Of a stretch of 64,000 bases of DNA, positions 48,101 to 60,151 are shown in pieces. The stretch covers positions 1,612,001 through 1,676,000 of the forward strand of contig CATNEN010000011.1 in assembly GCA_950097015.1 (NCBI GenBank), written 5' to 3'. The stretch's first letter is position 1. Each line of letters begins with the position of its first letter. This DNA is from Macrostomum hystrix. Taxonomy: Eukaryota > Animalia > Platyhelminthes. A program made the position numbers and the translations under genes. The notes below the pieces were generated by a model. That model saw only the letters and a program-made list of their open reading frames with translations. It made no database searches and was not told the DNA's origin.

Positions 48101-51100
48101 GGATCCCAAATAATCCCAGAGATCCCAAATATTCTTAGAGATCACAAATAATTCCAGAGATCCCAAATAATCCCAAAGATCCCAAATAATCCCAGAGATC
48201 CCAAATTATCCCAAAGATCCCAAATAATCCCAGAGATCCCAAATAATCCCACAGATCCCAAATAATCCCAGAGATCCCAAATAATCCCACAGATCTTAAA
48301 TAATCCCAGAGATCCCAAATAATCCCACAGATCTTAAATAATCCCAGAGATCCCAAATAATCCCACAGATCCCAAATAATCCCACAGATCACAAAAAATT
48401 CCAGAGATCCCAAATAATCCCACAGATCCCAAATAATCTCAGAGATCCCAAATAGTCCCAGAGATCCCAAATAATCCCAGAGATCCCAAATAGTCCCAGG
48501 GATCCCAAATAATCCCACAGATCCCAAATAATCCCACAGATCCCAAATAATCCCAGAGATCCCAAATAATCCCAGAGATCCCAAATATTCTTAGAGATCA
48601 CAAAAAATTCCAGAGATCCCAAATAATCCCACAGATCCCAAATAATCCCAGAGATCACAAATAATCCCACAGATCCCAAATTATCTCAAAGACAGACGTA
48701 GACCAAAGTCAAATCACGATCAGAAAAAATTAAAAACGGGAAAAATGGCCACATTGGGGATGCACAAGGGGTCGTGATAAAAAACAATGGCTAGCTACTA
48801 AAATATTCACAGAGGCGATCGCCGCCAAATACAGCTGAGCTATATTTTATCCCTTTTGGTTGCCGCCGCCATAATCCGCGCCACATTCACACACAATGTC
48901 TGCTGCGTGGGTGGGATTAAAGGGGAGAGCGGAGACGCGGTTGTGCGGAAAAAGATCAAAGGGATTCCTAGGAGATGGGGTTAGGATTAACAACAGCGAC
49001 GATGAGAGCAAGATAAGGGGAGGGAAATAAATACAATGGAATATTGAGTGTGGACATTAGGACACCCAGTCGCCTGCTTCCTTACCAAACATCAGGGTTC
49101 AATTATACGTTTAAAGACCAAACAGTTAACTTTTATTTCAATAATTGCCCTGTTTTGATTTCACGAAAATTATTTTTTATACATTTTTGTACCGGCAGAC
49201 GGGGAGAGATAAGACACGATAGAGATGAGACACGGGAGAGATGAGACACGATAGAGATGAGACACGGGAGAGATGAGACACGACAGAGATGAGACACGGG
49301 AGAGATGAGACACGAGAAAGGAGAGATGAGACACGAGAAAGGAGAGATGAGACACAAGAAAGGAGAGATGAGACACGGGAGAGACGAGACACGGGAGAGA
49401 TGAGACACGATAGAGATGAGACACGGGAGAGATGAGACACGAGAAAGGAGAGATGAGACACGAGAAAGGAGAGATGAGACATGAGAAAGGAGAGATGAGA
49501 CACGGGAGAGATGAGACACGGGAGAGATGAGACACGGGAGAGATGAGACACGGGAGAGATGAGACACGGGAGAGATGAGACACGGGAGAGATGAGACACG
49601 GGAGAGATGAGACACGGGAGAGATGAGACACGGGAGAGATGAGACACGGGAGAGATGAGACACGGGGAGAGATGAGACACGGGAGAGATGAGACACGGGA
49701 GAGATGAGACACGGGAGAGATGAGGCATGGGAGACATGGGACAAGGGATTACTTCGGTTACCTTTCCAGCGGTGGCAGGCGGGCAGTTGTCGCCAGCTGC
49801 AGCGGCCGCGGCAAGCTCTGGCGGCATTGGCGGCGCACCCGACCTAATGGTGTCGGCGAATCGGGTGCTGAACCTCGGCTGACTTTGGTGCTGGCGCTTC
49901 TTGCGAATGGCACTCGGGCTGCCACCTTGTGACGGGTTCAGCTGCTGCTGCTGGACTTGACGACTGCTTGCGGCCGATCTGATAAAAAATAGGAAAGAAG
50001 TTGTTTAAGAAGCACTTTTACTTAAACGAGCTTATTCAGCTTTGATGACCACCCCAAAGACATACAGGGTGTCCACCTCGTCAAAGACAGACAGGAGTGT
50101 CCACCTCATCAAAGACAGACAGGGGTGTCCACCTCATCAAAGACAGACAGGGTGTCCACCTCAAAGACATACAGGGTGTCCACCTCAAAGACATACAGGG
50201 TGTCCACCTCAAAGACAGACAGGGTGTCCACCTCAAAGACAGACAGGGTGTCCACCTCAAAGACAGACAGGGTGTCCACCTCATCAATGACAGACGTGTT
50301 GTTAATACAAATTTGCTTGAAACAGCAGCATCGAGGAAATGTTGCCCTCAGATTATTGGGAACCCAGAAGTTTGGTAGGGAAAAATGTTCGTCTCTTCGT
50401 CTCCGCATATTCTTCTGTTAGTACTCTCTGTGGAGAGGTCGGAAGAGTGAGGGGGAGAGGGGGTAGAATGCGGAGGAGTTTCGGGTTGGAAGGCCAAATA
50501 AGGACGGTCGAGAGGGTCCGCCTTGCACTCAATTTATAGTTGCTAGGGGCCTGAACTGAGTGACTGCATGGCCCGCCCGGCGCCCCCCCTTTGGTCGTCG
50601 CTTCATTTCGACCGACTCGGCGCATGATTCAATTTTCGAGTTCCGCATGCGGCCAGTTTTTCTCCGTCTTTCCCCATCGACTAAAATGCCGTCCCACTCT
50701 TGTTGGGGGTGGGGGTGGGGAGGAATTGGTCGGGGCCAAGGGGCTTCTCATCAAGAGAGAGAAGGACAAATTTGCTTGCGTGTGTCTCTCGTCTCGTGAC
50801 CCAACACTGGGATTGAGGAATTGGGGATTAGGGTCGGGCAAGCTATCCGCTACCACTCCAGCAACATTCTTTTTCTCTATATTTGCATTTTGGGAAGTGC
50901 GACTATGCCAGCTATCAAGGCTCCGTTCCGAATGGCATATTCAATTTTCGGCTCCCTCCCGAAGGCGTAAAACGAACGCGCCAACAAATTAACATTTTGT
51001 GCTGCTTGCGAGAGAAAAAATCGGGAAAAATATAGAGCTGAAATCCGTTTTCTGTAGCTCGGATTTTCACTTTAAAATATTTGGCGAGTCGCAATACTAT

Positions 51101-54100
51101 TAAAAAATACTAATTAACAAACATACTTTTCATTTTTAGAAGGTTTTTTATTTTAGCGAAATTTAGCTTTTTGTAATTTGAAATGGTGCCAAAACAAATT
51201 ACGTCTCGTCACGAGTTTTGTTATAAATAATCAGGAAAATCAAATTATAACCTTTCCCGAGTGCGAAAAAAATTATTTCAAGATTTTAACTACAGGAATA
51301 AATAAATTTATTTTCCTATAGAATTTCTAATGTGGAGTAATAAATACGAAGGTATTATCGTTTTTTCCGATTCTTTAAATAATATTTGTAGTTTGACAAA
51401 ATCTGAGTCAGTCTCATTTCAGGCCGCGGATTTTGGCATCTTATTTTTCTCTCCATCCTCTAAGCAATATCCAACCATTCGGCCTAATCCGCGTCGGCTT
51501 ACAGGAAATCTGCCCTACAATGCTGTCTCTAGAGGCCATTTTCTAAAATAGGCGAAAGTTTTAGGCGAAGGAAAGTGGAAAACTGGAACTGCAGCATGGT
51601 GGGGCCGGCTTGACAGACTGCGGGGAATAAGACGAATGACAGACAGCCAGTGCCGCAACTGTTGGGAGTGCAATGCTAATACAGCTTCACTACAATGCTA
51701 CTGCGAATCAAGCTTTGCTATCAGGGGGATAATGCTTGTCACGAACCGAAAATGAGGGGAAAGCGGCCCCCATATGACAAATGAGGCCACACAAAATTCA
51801 ACTCTGGCAGATTGTGTGCGCGTCTCCTTCATTTGCAGTTCTTCGTTCATCAACTGTTCTCCTTTTTTCAGAAATAACGTGTTGACATCTGTGTTTTAAA
51901 GGAGTCGTGTTTTGTTAGAAATGAAATTGAGGTTTTTTAACTTTTTTAAAAAATAGGAGTAAGTTCTAAGCTGTTTTCCCATTCGATTGACTTAACACCT
52001 GCCTCACTAAGTAGATGACGAGGCGCCGAGCTTTGCAACGAGAGCCATAGTTACTCCTGCCATTTACCCGAAGGGTGATAATTGAAGTTTTTCTAAGCAA
52101 AAAGTGGAGGCAATGTTTTATGACCCCTTGAAAGCAATATAATGTCACTAAACTAGACGCCCCAAAAGCATGCGTCTCACATGCTTTGAAATTGTTTGCA
52201 GATCGCTCCAATTTTGCTGCCATGTCTGGTTGAAGTTATACAGGCCTATGGCTATTTTGTCTCTGCTTCTGTTTTGCTCCGTATTGTTCTTTTACAACCC
52301 GAAAGTCTGTCTTTTACGACTGCTTGGCAGTTTATATTCATTTCACTAGATATTGGCTGCCCCTGTTATGAAAATTGACAGTGAATGAAGATAAAGCCAA
52401 TTTTTAGTTCCTGTCTGAACGCCTGTCTGTCTGTCTGTCCAGAAAAGAACTTTAAACAAAGACTCTAAATTGCTGTGGAGTCTGAAATATATTATTCTAC
52501 TCAATGCGGCTAATAAGCTTACTCAAAGTGGTTTTATTGCGGGTTTGCTATTTACTTAGAAATTGTCGGACTCGATTTACAGAAAAAGAGGATTGAATGA
52601 GGGATTGACTTAATTTAACTAAGGACTAATAGGATTAAATAAAGGATTAACAGGATTAAACAAAGTATTCATTGGATTTAATAGAGGATAATCAGGATTG
52701 AATGAGGAATTAACAGGATTAAAGAAAGGATTAACAGAATTCAACTAAGGTTTAAGAATAAATAAAGTACTAACAGGATTGAATAAGGGATTAACGGGAT
52801 TGAAGAAAGGATTAAAAGGATTGAATAAAGGATTAACAGGATTGAATAAAGGATTAACAGGATTAAATAAAGGATTAAAAGGATTGAATAAAGGATTAAC
52901 AGGATTGAATAAGGGCTTAAAGGGATTGAAGAAAGGATTAACAGAATTTAACTAAGAATAATAGGATTAAATAAAGGATTGACGGGATTGAAGAAAGGAT
53001 TCATTGGATTAAATAGAGGATAATCAGGATTGAATGAGGAATTAACGGGATTAAAGAAAGGATTAACAGAATTCAACTAAGGATTATAAGATTAAATAAA
53101 GTACTAACAGGATTGAATAAGGGATTAACGGGATTGAAGAAAGGATTAACAGGATTAAATAAAGGATTAACAGGATTGAAAAAATGATTAACAGGATTGA
53201 AGAAAGGATTAACAGGATTGAATAAAGGATTAACAGTATTAAATAAGGGCTTACCTGGATTGAATAGAGGGTTAACAGGATTAAATAAAGGATTAACAGG
53301 ATTAAACAAAGGATTAACAGGATTGAATAAACGATTAACAGGATTAACAGTATTAAAGAGGATAAAGTAAAACTTTGAGACTTAAGAGCCAGATTAGGAA
53401 TAAAAAGATTAGTTCTAACCTACTCAAGCTCATCCCAATCTTAGTGCTCAACCCAATCTTAGTGCTCAACTAAATGCAGATTGTGAGTGCAGAATACTAA
53501 AAGACAATGAGAACAGCAACCCAAAGCATCGACTAGTGGGTGTGTGTTTACTTGGCTAAGCACTAGACCCCAAAATACCCAACACTAGCTTGGCAACAAA
53601 GTCCCGTGCACTTTTCGCAGCTAAATCCATATCTTGAGTTTCTGTTTTGTTAGATAACGCACAACCCTGTTTGTGTAGAGTCTATAGACCTATACCTAAA
53701 CCTAACTAGTCGTCACGCAGGCATTATAGTTGATAAGGCACTATTTTATGGGAAAACCATTGAAAATCCTCTGGGAATCTGACAGCCCATTTTTGGAAAA
53801 AACGTCAAAATGACACCTTAAATGTACGTCTAAATCGCCTATAGAATCTGCCAATCAATCAATTATCGATGTCTATGGTAAAAAAGATACATAGATCAAT
53901 ATATAGAGGGATTCTAAATTTAAAATCCTATAGATTTTTTTCTACGCAATAGCAACTAACCACATTAAGTTGTTTTAGTTAATAAATAATTAATTAGAAT
54001 CTCATGGCTGGGGATTGGTATAACATTAGTGAGATATACTGTCACATTGTCATTCACTTGAACAATAAGCTGCATTATTTATATTGTGGTAGCCTAACAA

Positions 54101-54849
54101 CTCCCCTATGTTGGGATTCTAACTAGATTTGATTGAAGCCTGAAAGTTAAAAAAAACGCACAGAACACACACGGACCTTATAGACGTGTCAATCAAACTC
54201 TGCACTGAGAGGTCGGTCAATTTCATCGATAAGAAGCTGCTATGAAAGCCGTCCACCTTCAGACTCTATTGCTAGGGGGGTGGGTTGTCATATTAAATTC
54301 ACTGCCGAGGTCAATATACAGTATAGAGTGGCTACTTTTTTGAGGAGTAAGAGCATAGCAGGAGTTTTATCTGTGCTCACGGGTATGAGGCTATCTGAGT
54401 TTTTGGGGTGGGTGTGCGCATGAATCTGAGCTCAGTTCCTCTCACACTGCAAGCTTGGTCAAAGAAAGATTTGAGCGACGGAAGGGAAAAAATGTTGGAA
54501 GTTTTGCTGCACCGGGAGAGAGAAATTTATCCCATGGGACGATGCGAAAGGATTTTTTCAATTTGTTTTATCCTTGCTAACCAGGCCTTTGTACTTCTAA
54601 CCGAGACGTCGTGTGTTCGAGCACCATTCGACTGACTCCTGAGTACACACTCACCGTGCCTTGGAGGTTGGCCCTCAAGGGCGTAAATTGCACAACAGAC
54701 GCTCAAGCCTTCTCTCCGCTGCTGCGCCCCAAATAAATGTGGCCTCGCCGCGGAATCGAACTCAGGGACCTTGGCGCGAGAGGCAAACACTTTAACCGCT
54801 CTGCCATTCACCCCCCCTTCGCTCACCTTAGAGTCGAGTCGGCCATCTG

Positions 54850-54895
<46 letters not shown>

Positions 54896-54897
54896 AT
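38804..54897 (-). CDS. KIF26: KIF26-family (kinesin-11) protein, 5'-partial; exons 54897-54827, 49978-49762, 47380-47198, 45902-45809, 44177-40938, 40854-40576, 38961-38804
   Basis: Exons sum to 4242 nt in one frame. FSTRFADTIRSGAPPMPP..GK|VKVVIKV, PKMFIYDSVF, IIQGVVNGTDGCVFVFGYGNLG|KTHTMLG, YSVRVSAVEV, HLIDLGSG, HIPHRDSKLSQLLREALGSLTCRACMI; C-terminal AKGLLMADPASWNFD|LHV..FLEALRKET..RVHACKSHLMFVSCFD. Confidence 0.92.
39135..39215 (-). mobile_element. SINE family A tRNA-like head fragment; a tail fragment lies at ~39020-39050
   Basis: The reverse complement reads GGGGTTGTAGCCTAGTGGTTAGAGCGTCGGACTCACGACTTGAAGGTCGGGGGTTCGATTC. Confidence 0.7.
39232..40555. repeat. 33-bp minisatellite (GGGTCACAGAAACACCTGGATCCAGGAAGCTAC)n, ~40 copies
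   Basis: Head-to-tail units without spacers that fill the last KIF26 intron. They explain ORFs 39198..40457 and 39256..40494. Confidence 0.97.
44372..44632 (-). mobile_element. SINE family A copy, near full length, in a KIF26 intron
   Basis: The reverse complement contains the head, B-box GGTTCGATCCC, a degenerate CORE-like domain, CCAGTCCATGGACTGAA and the 3' tail. Confidence 0.78.
45425..45785. repeat. 30-bp minisatellite (CACCAGTATCACAATGGACACCAACCAACG)n, ~12 copies
   Basis: Tandem units that start ~25 nt from a KIF26 donor. Confidence 0.93.
46485..47050. repeat. 28-bp minisatellite (GATCCTGAAGGAAAGACACTGAAGGGTA)n, ~20 copies
   Basis: Tandem units with degenerate edges extending to ~47140. 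Confidence 0.94.
47530..48685. repeat. 19-bp minisatellite (CAGATCCCAAATAATCCCA)n, ~60 copies
   Basis: Tandem units; the 19-aa periodicity of the spurious ORFs agrees with the unit length. Confidence 0.95.
49200..49740. repeat. 16-bp minisatellite (GGGAGAGATGAGACAC)n
   Basis: Same unit as 59610-59920 and the reverse complement of 55400-56395. Confidence 0.95.
50060..50290. repeat. 24-bp minisatellite (GTCCACCTCAAAGACAGACAGGGT)n, ~9 copies
   Basis: Tandem units read directly. Confidence 0.92.
52590..53355. repeat. 21-bp minisatellite (AGGATTAACAGGATTGAATAA)n with a duplicated variant block
   Basis: Tandem units. The variant run ATTGGATTWAATAGAGGATAATCAGG...GAATTCAACTAAGG recurs at ~52670 and ~53005. 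Confidence 0.92.
54640..54818 (-). mobile_element. SINE family B copy starting ~9 nt after a KIF26 donor site
   Basis: The reverse complement GGGGGTGAATGGCAGAGCGGTTAAAG...GAGTTCGATTCCGCGGCGAGGCCACA is homologous to 35794-35975. Confidence 0.7.
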
Positions 54898-55314
54898 CTG
54901 GAAAATGAATTAAGCACGGGCGGGTTCCTTAGCGTGACAGTAAAAAGAAGACGAACCATCACATAGAGTGCGCAAATTGAGTTAGCAATTATAGTAATAT
55001 ATAATATTAGATTCGAATACAGAACAGAAGCCTGGCGTGACTTTAATTCCCGATTCACACCATCTCAAATAAGCTGAAATGCAGATGCTGCCACCCTCTT
55101 GTCGGACCCTATGAATAATGCATCAGGTTGATGCGGTCACTGGGTATGCAGTTACTATCCAACATATACGATTGGCTTCATCAAAATATTCTTGTATGGC
55201 ATTGAATAAAGGAAAGGTTCCATCAGTTATTTATATCAGTTCGTGGAATTTCTCAACGTATTTTTGACACCATAGATGTTAACCATAGACAGATTAAAAA
55301 CAGTTGCCATGAGG

Positions 55315-56395
55315 CAGGGGTCGGCGAACTCCGGCCCGTGGGCCAGATGCGGCCCTCGAAGCTCCCAAATCCGGCCCGTTGCCCCTTCCGACACCTACTG
55401 TCTCATCTCCCTTGTGTCTCATCTCTCCCATGTCTCATCTCTCCCTTGCCTCATCTCTCCCGTGTCTCATCTCTCCCGTGTCTCATCTCTCCCGTGTCTC
55501 ATCTCTCCCGTGTCTCATCTCTCCTGTGTTTTATCTCTACCTTGTCTCATCTCTCCCGTGTCTCATCTCTCCCATGTCTCATCTCTCCCGTGTCTCATCT
55601 CTCCCGTGTCTCATCTCTCCTGTGTTTTATCTCTACCTTGTCTCATCTCTCCCGTGTCTCATCTCTCCCTGTGTCTCATCTCTCCCGTGTCTCATCTCTG
55701 CCGTGTCTCATCTCTGCCGTGTCTCATCTCTGCCGTGTCTCATCTCGCCCATGTCTCATCTTTCCCTTGCCTTCTCTCTCTTGTGTCTCATCTCTCCCGT
55801 GTCTCATCTCTCCCGTGTCTCATCTCTCCCGTGTCTCATCTCTATCGTGTCTCATCTCTCCCGTGTCTCATCTCTCCCGTGTCTCATCTCTCCCGTGTCT
55901 CATCTCTCCCGTGTCTCATCTCTCCCGTGTCTCATCTCTCCCGTGTCTCATCTCTCCCGTGTCTCATCTCTCCCGTGTCTCATCTCTCCCGTGTCTCATC
56001 TTTCCCTTGCCTTCTCTCTCTTGTGTCTCATCTCTCCCGTGTCTCATCTCTCCCGTGTCTCATCTCTCCCGTGTCTCATCTCTCCCGTGTCTCATCTCGC
56101 CCATGTCTCATCTCTCCTGTGTTTTATCTCTACCTTGTCTCATCTCTCCCGTGTCTCATCTCTCCCTGTGTCTCATCTCTCCCGTGTCTCATCTCTCCCG
56201 TGTCTCATCTCTCCCGTGTCTCATCTCTCCCGTGTCTCATCTCGCCCATGTCTCATCTTTCCCTTGCCTTCTCTCTCTTGTGTCTCATCTCTCCCGTGTC
56301 TCATCTCTCCCTGTGTCTCATCTCTCCCGTGTCTCATCTCTCCCGTGTCTCATCTCTCCCGTGTCTCATCTCTCTCGTGTCTCATCTCTCCGACA
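55315..56395. mobile_element. One end of a hAT MITE (84-bp terminus) followed by a 1-kb 16-bp minisatellite; the other end was not found
   Basis: CAGGGGTCGGCGAACTCCGGCCCGTGGGCCAGATGCGGCCCTCGAAG... is nearly identical to the reverse complement of 59931-60014, followed by (GTGTCTCATCTCTCCC)n. Confidence 0.8.
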
Positions 56396-56894
56396 CGACA
56401 GATTAGAGTTAAGTGTCTTGCTTATTTGAATTCTGAAACTTAATGGGATGAAGAAGGGAATTAATCAGAACGACATCAACATCCACCTAATCTGGCCCTT
56501 CTTCCCAAGAATCCAATAAAGAGAAAAGAGAAATATATGCTAATAAAGCCTAATAGAGAAACAGAGTCATCTGTCATTTCTAGCTTCCAAATGAAGCTGG
56601 TTGGCAATTGATCCTTCCAGCATTACTGCTCTCGCCTCGCTGACTCTCTCGCTGTGCCTATAACAAAACTCCGCTAGCCAGTTTGAGTTGGGAAGGACCA
56701 AGAGGAAAAAAGAGACTTATAGGCGAGGTAGGGGAGGCGAAACGTTATAAGGACAACCAACACGAATTGATTGATATGAATTTCTCAAGGTCTTGTGAGC
56801 ACAGACTAATATATACATATATAAATATATATCCATTTCACCCGTACCTACTAGAACAGAGAGATTAATTCCTACGATTAGACAATAAGATTAG

Positions 56895-58420
56895 AGTATG
56901 AGACACTGAAATTATGCTGTGAGATTAGATTAGACTGAGATTATTCTGTGAGATTAGATTAGACTGAGATTATGCTGTGAGATTAGACACTGATATTATG
57001 ATGTGAGATTAGATTAGACACTGAGATTATGATGTGAGATTAGATTAGACACTGAAATTATGATGTGAGATTAGATTAGACACTGATATTATGATGTGAA
57101 ATTCGATTAGACACTGATATTATGATGTGAGATTAGATTGGACACTGATATTATGATGTGAGATTAGATTGGACACTGATATTATGATGTGAGATTAGAT
57201 TAGACACTGAGATTATGATGGGAGATTAGATTATTAGACGCTTAAATTATGCTGTGAAACTGGATTAGACACTGAGATTATGAGATAAGATTAGATTAGA
57301 CACAGAGATTATGAGATACGGTTAGATTAGACACTGAGATTATGAGATAATATTAGATTAGACACAGAGATTATGAGATACGGTTAGATTAGACACTGAG
57401 ATTATGATGTGAGATTAGATTAGACACTGATATTATGATGTGAGATTAGATTAGACACTGAGATTATGATGTGAGAAGATTAGACGCTGAAATTATGCTG
57501 TGAGACTAGATTAGACACTGAGATTATGAGATAAGATTAGATTAGACACACTGGGAATATGAGATAAGATTAGATTAGACACTGAGATTATGAGATACGG
57601 TTAGATTAGACACTGAGATTATGAGATAAGATTAGATTAGACACTAAGATTATGAGATAAGATTAGATTAGACACTGAGATTATGATGTGAGATTAGATT
57701 AGACGCTGAAATTATGCTTTGAGACTAGATTAGACACTGAGATTATGAGATAAGATTAGATTAGACACAGAGATTATGAGATACGGTTAGATTAGACACT
57801 GAGATTATGCGATACGATTAGATTAGACACTGAGATTATGAGATAAGATTAGATTAGACACAGAGATTATGAGATACGGTTAGATTAGACACTGAGATTA
57901 TGAGATAATATTAGATTAGACACAGAGATATGAGATACGGTTAGATTAGACACTGAGATTATGATGTGAGATTAGATTAGACACTGATATTATGATGTGA
58001 GATTAGATTAGACACTGAGATTATGAGTTGAGAAGATTAGACGCTGAAATTATGCTGTGAGACTGGATTAGACACTGAGATTATGAGATAAGATTAGATT
58101 AGACACACTGGGAATATGAGATAAGATTAGATTAGACACTGAGATTATGAGATACGGTTAGATTAGACACTGAGATTATGAGATAAGATTAGATTAGACA
58201 CTAAGATTATGAGATTAGATTAGATTAGACACTGAGATTATGATGTGAGATTAGATTAGACGCTGAAATTATGCTTTGAGACTAGATTAGACACTGAGAT
58301 TATGAGATAAGATTAGATTAGACACACTGGGATTGTGAGATAAGATTAGATTAGACACAGATATTATGAGATAAGATTAGATTAGACACTGAGATTGTGC
58401 AATGAGATTAGATTAGACAA
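56895..58420. repeat. ~31-bp minisatellite (GAGATTAGATTAGACACTGAGATTATGATGT)n with higher-order structure
   Basis: Tandem units. The variant CACACTGGGAATATG recurs ~558 bp apart (~57547 and ~58105) with matching neighbouring units. Confidence 0.94.
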
Positions 58421-59490
58421 ATTGAATATAGGATAGGTTTGTTTAGTTTAGGGCAAACTTATACTTTCTTTGACATAAACCCTTGAATTATTTAACAGAA
58501 ACGATTTGCCGATTCAAGAATTCGGTATACCAAATATTTTTGTTTGATGCTTCGGAACTTGAAAGATTTCCAAGCGAAAAATAACAATTTTTTCAACAAA
58601 AGCATGCGACCGAGGTTCAAAGAATATCGAAACCTGACTGATTGATTTTAACTTTCGTCAGTGATTTTGTTTGTTCATGGATTCGGGGCAAGATCAATGC
58701 ATTGTCAACAGCTGTATTTTGGCGGTTTGACACCGCTTGGCAGTTGACAATTTGACTAGTTGATGAATAGCTACAGAATTTAGAAATGAACACACACACA
58801 CACACAGCTGTAGATAAACACTACCAGTTTACTAACACAACCTTACTAAAGCATTGCATTCGTCATCTTTTCGCTTCGTGTCTTCCGTGAGGTGATTCAT
58901 TTTTTTGCTTTTTATAAGGCCCAATTTAATGTTTTCCTTCATGCTTCATTGAAGCACAGACAGACTGACTGACGCATAAGTTTTAAAGGTGGTGAAAAAT
59001 TTTCTGCTTTTTCATTTTTTTAATCAGGGAAAAACAATGAAAAAAGATTCCAAGAAACGGATGTATGGGGATGCAGTGTGTTAGAAATTCCCAAACGAGA
59101 AGGCGAGAAAGAGTGGTGGGAGGCAGTTTGAGTGTTTGGGAAAACTTGCAGTTTTCTTGCCGGGCATATCAAACCCTAAATTATGAATTATTGATTAGCA
59201 ATCAAACAGGTTGGAGGCCGTGTGGCCGAGTCTCTAAGAGGTCCCGCGCGTTGGACGCGGGCAAATTAAAAAACAAGAGGCGACATTGCTTCAAAGGTGA
59301 GAAAAATTGCGGACCTCCGCAAACTAGCCGTTTGAGAAGGCTGCAGGAAAAATGGAGAACTTTGGTCATCTGTTTTCAGCTTTGTACTTTTAGACTTTTT
59401 TTTACTGAATACCATTTTTTGGCGAAAGTCGAACCGCAGCCATCGAGGAGCCACTTCTATGACCAGTATGAGCTGTACTATGACCGAAAT

Positions 59491-60151
59491 GGGGGGTTGT
59501 AGCCTTGTGGTTAAAGCAAGGGTAGGCAAACTTATTTGCTGGCGGGCCAAAGAGAGAACCTAAAAGACGACAGCGGGCCGCATTGACTGTATAAATATGA
59601 GATAGGGGAGAGATGAGACACGGGAGAGATGAGACACGGGAGAGATGAGACACGGGAGAGATGAGACACGGGAGAGATTAGACACGGGAGAGATTAGACA
59701 GGGAGAGATTAGACACGGGAGAGATAAGACAGGGGAGAGATTAGACACGGGAGAGATAAGACAGGGGAGAGATTGGACACGGGAGAGATAAGACAGGGGA
59801 GAGATTAGACACAGGAGAGATTAGACACGGGAGAGATAAGACACGAGAGCGATGAGACATGGGAGAGATTAGACACGAGAGCGATGAGACACAGGAGAGA
59901 TTAGACACGGGAGAGATGAAACAGTACACTGTAGATGTCAGAAGGGGCAACGGGCCGGATTTGGGAGCTTCGAGGGCCGCATCTGGCCCGCGGGCCGGAG
60001 TTTGCCGACCCCTGGGTTAGAGGGTCGGAGATTCAAATCTACAAGACTCCACTAGAAAATGTTGCGTCCTTAAGTAAGACACTTAACTCTGCAAAATGGT
60101 GCCAAGACTAGCTGGGTTAATTAGGCAGCCTTCAGATGCGCCTCGCAATAG
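59491..60151 (+). mobile_element. SINE family A copy interrupted in its A-box by a hAT MITE
   Basis: GGGGGTTGTAGCCTTGTGGTTAAAG [MITE] GGTTAGAGGGTCGGAG...GCGTCCTTAAGTAAGACACTTAAC...GCAGCCTTCAGATGCGCC. Confidence 0.75.
59517..60014. mobile_element. hAT (Charlie-like) MITE carrying an internal 16-bp minisatellite
   Basis: TIRs CAAGGGTAGGCAAACT and AGTTTGCCGACCCCTG (14/16 match). 8-bp TSD GGTTAAAG / GGTTAGAG (7/8 match). Confidence 0.85.

Noticed and set aside
45200-50421. Many periodic ORFs (e.g. 46437..47162, 47515..48679, 49133..49744)
   Set aside because: Their periodicity equals the minisatellite unit length. Only the KIF26 exons in this interval are real coding sequence.
55276-56443. Three ORFs of 354-376 aa
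   Set aside because: All three + frames are open only because the 16-bp repeat has no stop codon.
55315-60014. A single 4.7-kb hAT element bounded by the two inverted 84-bp ends
   Set aside because: The flanking 8-mers do not match (CCATGAGG versus GGTTAGAG), and the right-hand copy has its own left TIR and TSD at 59509-59532.
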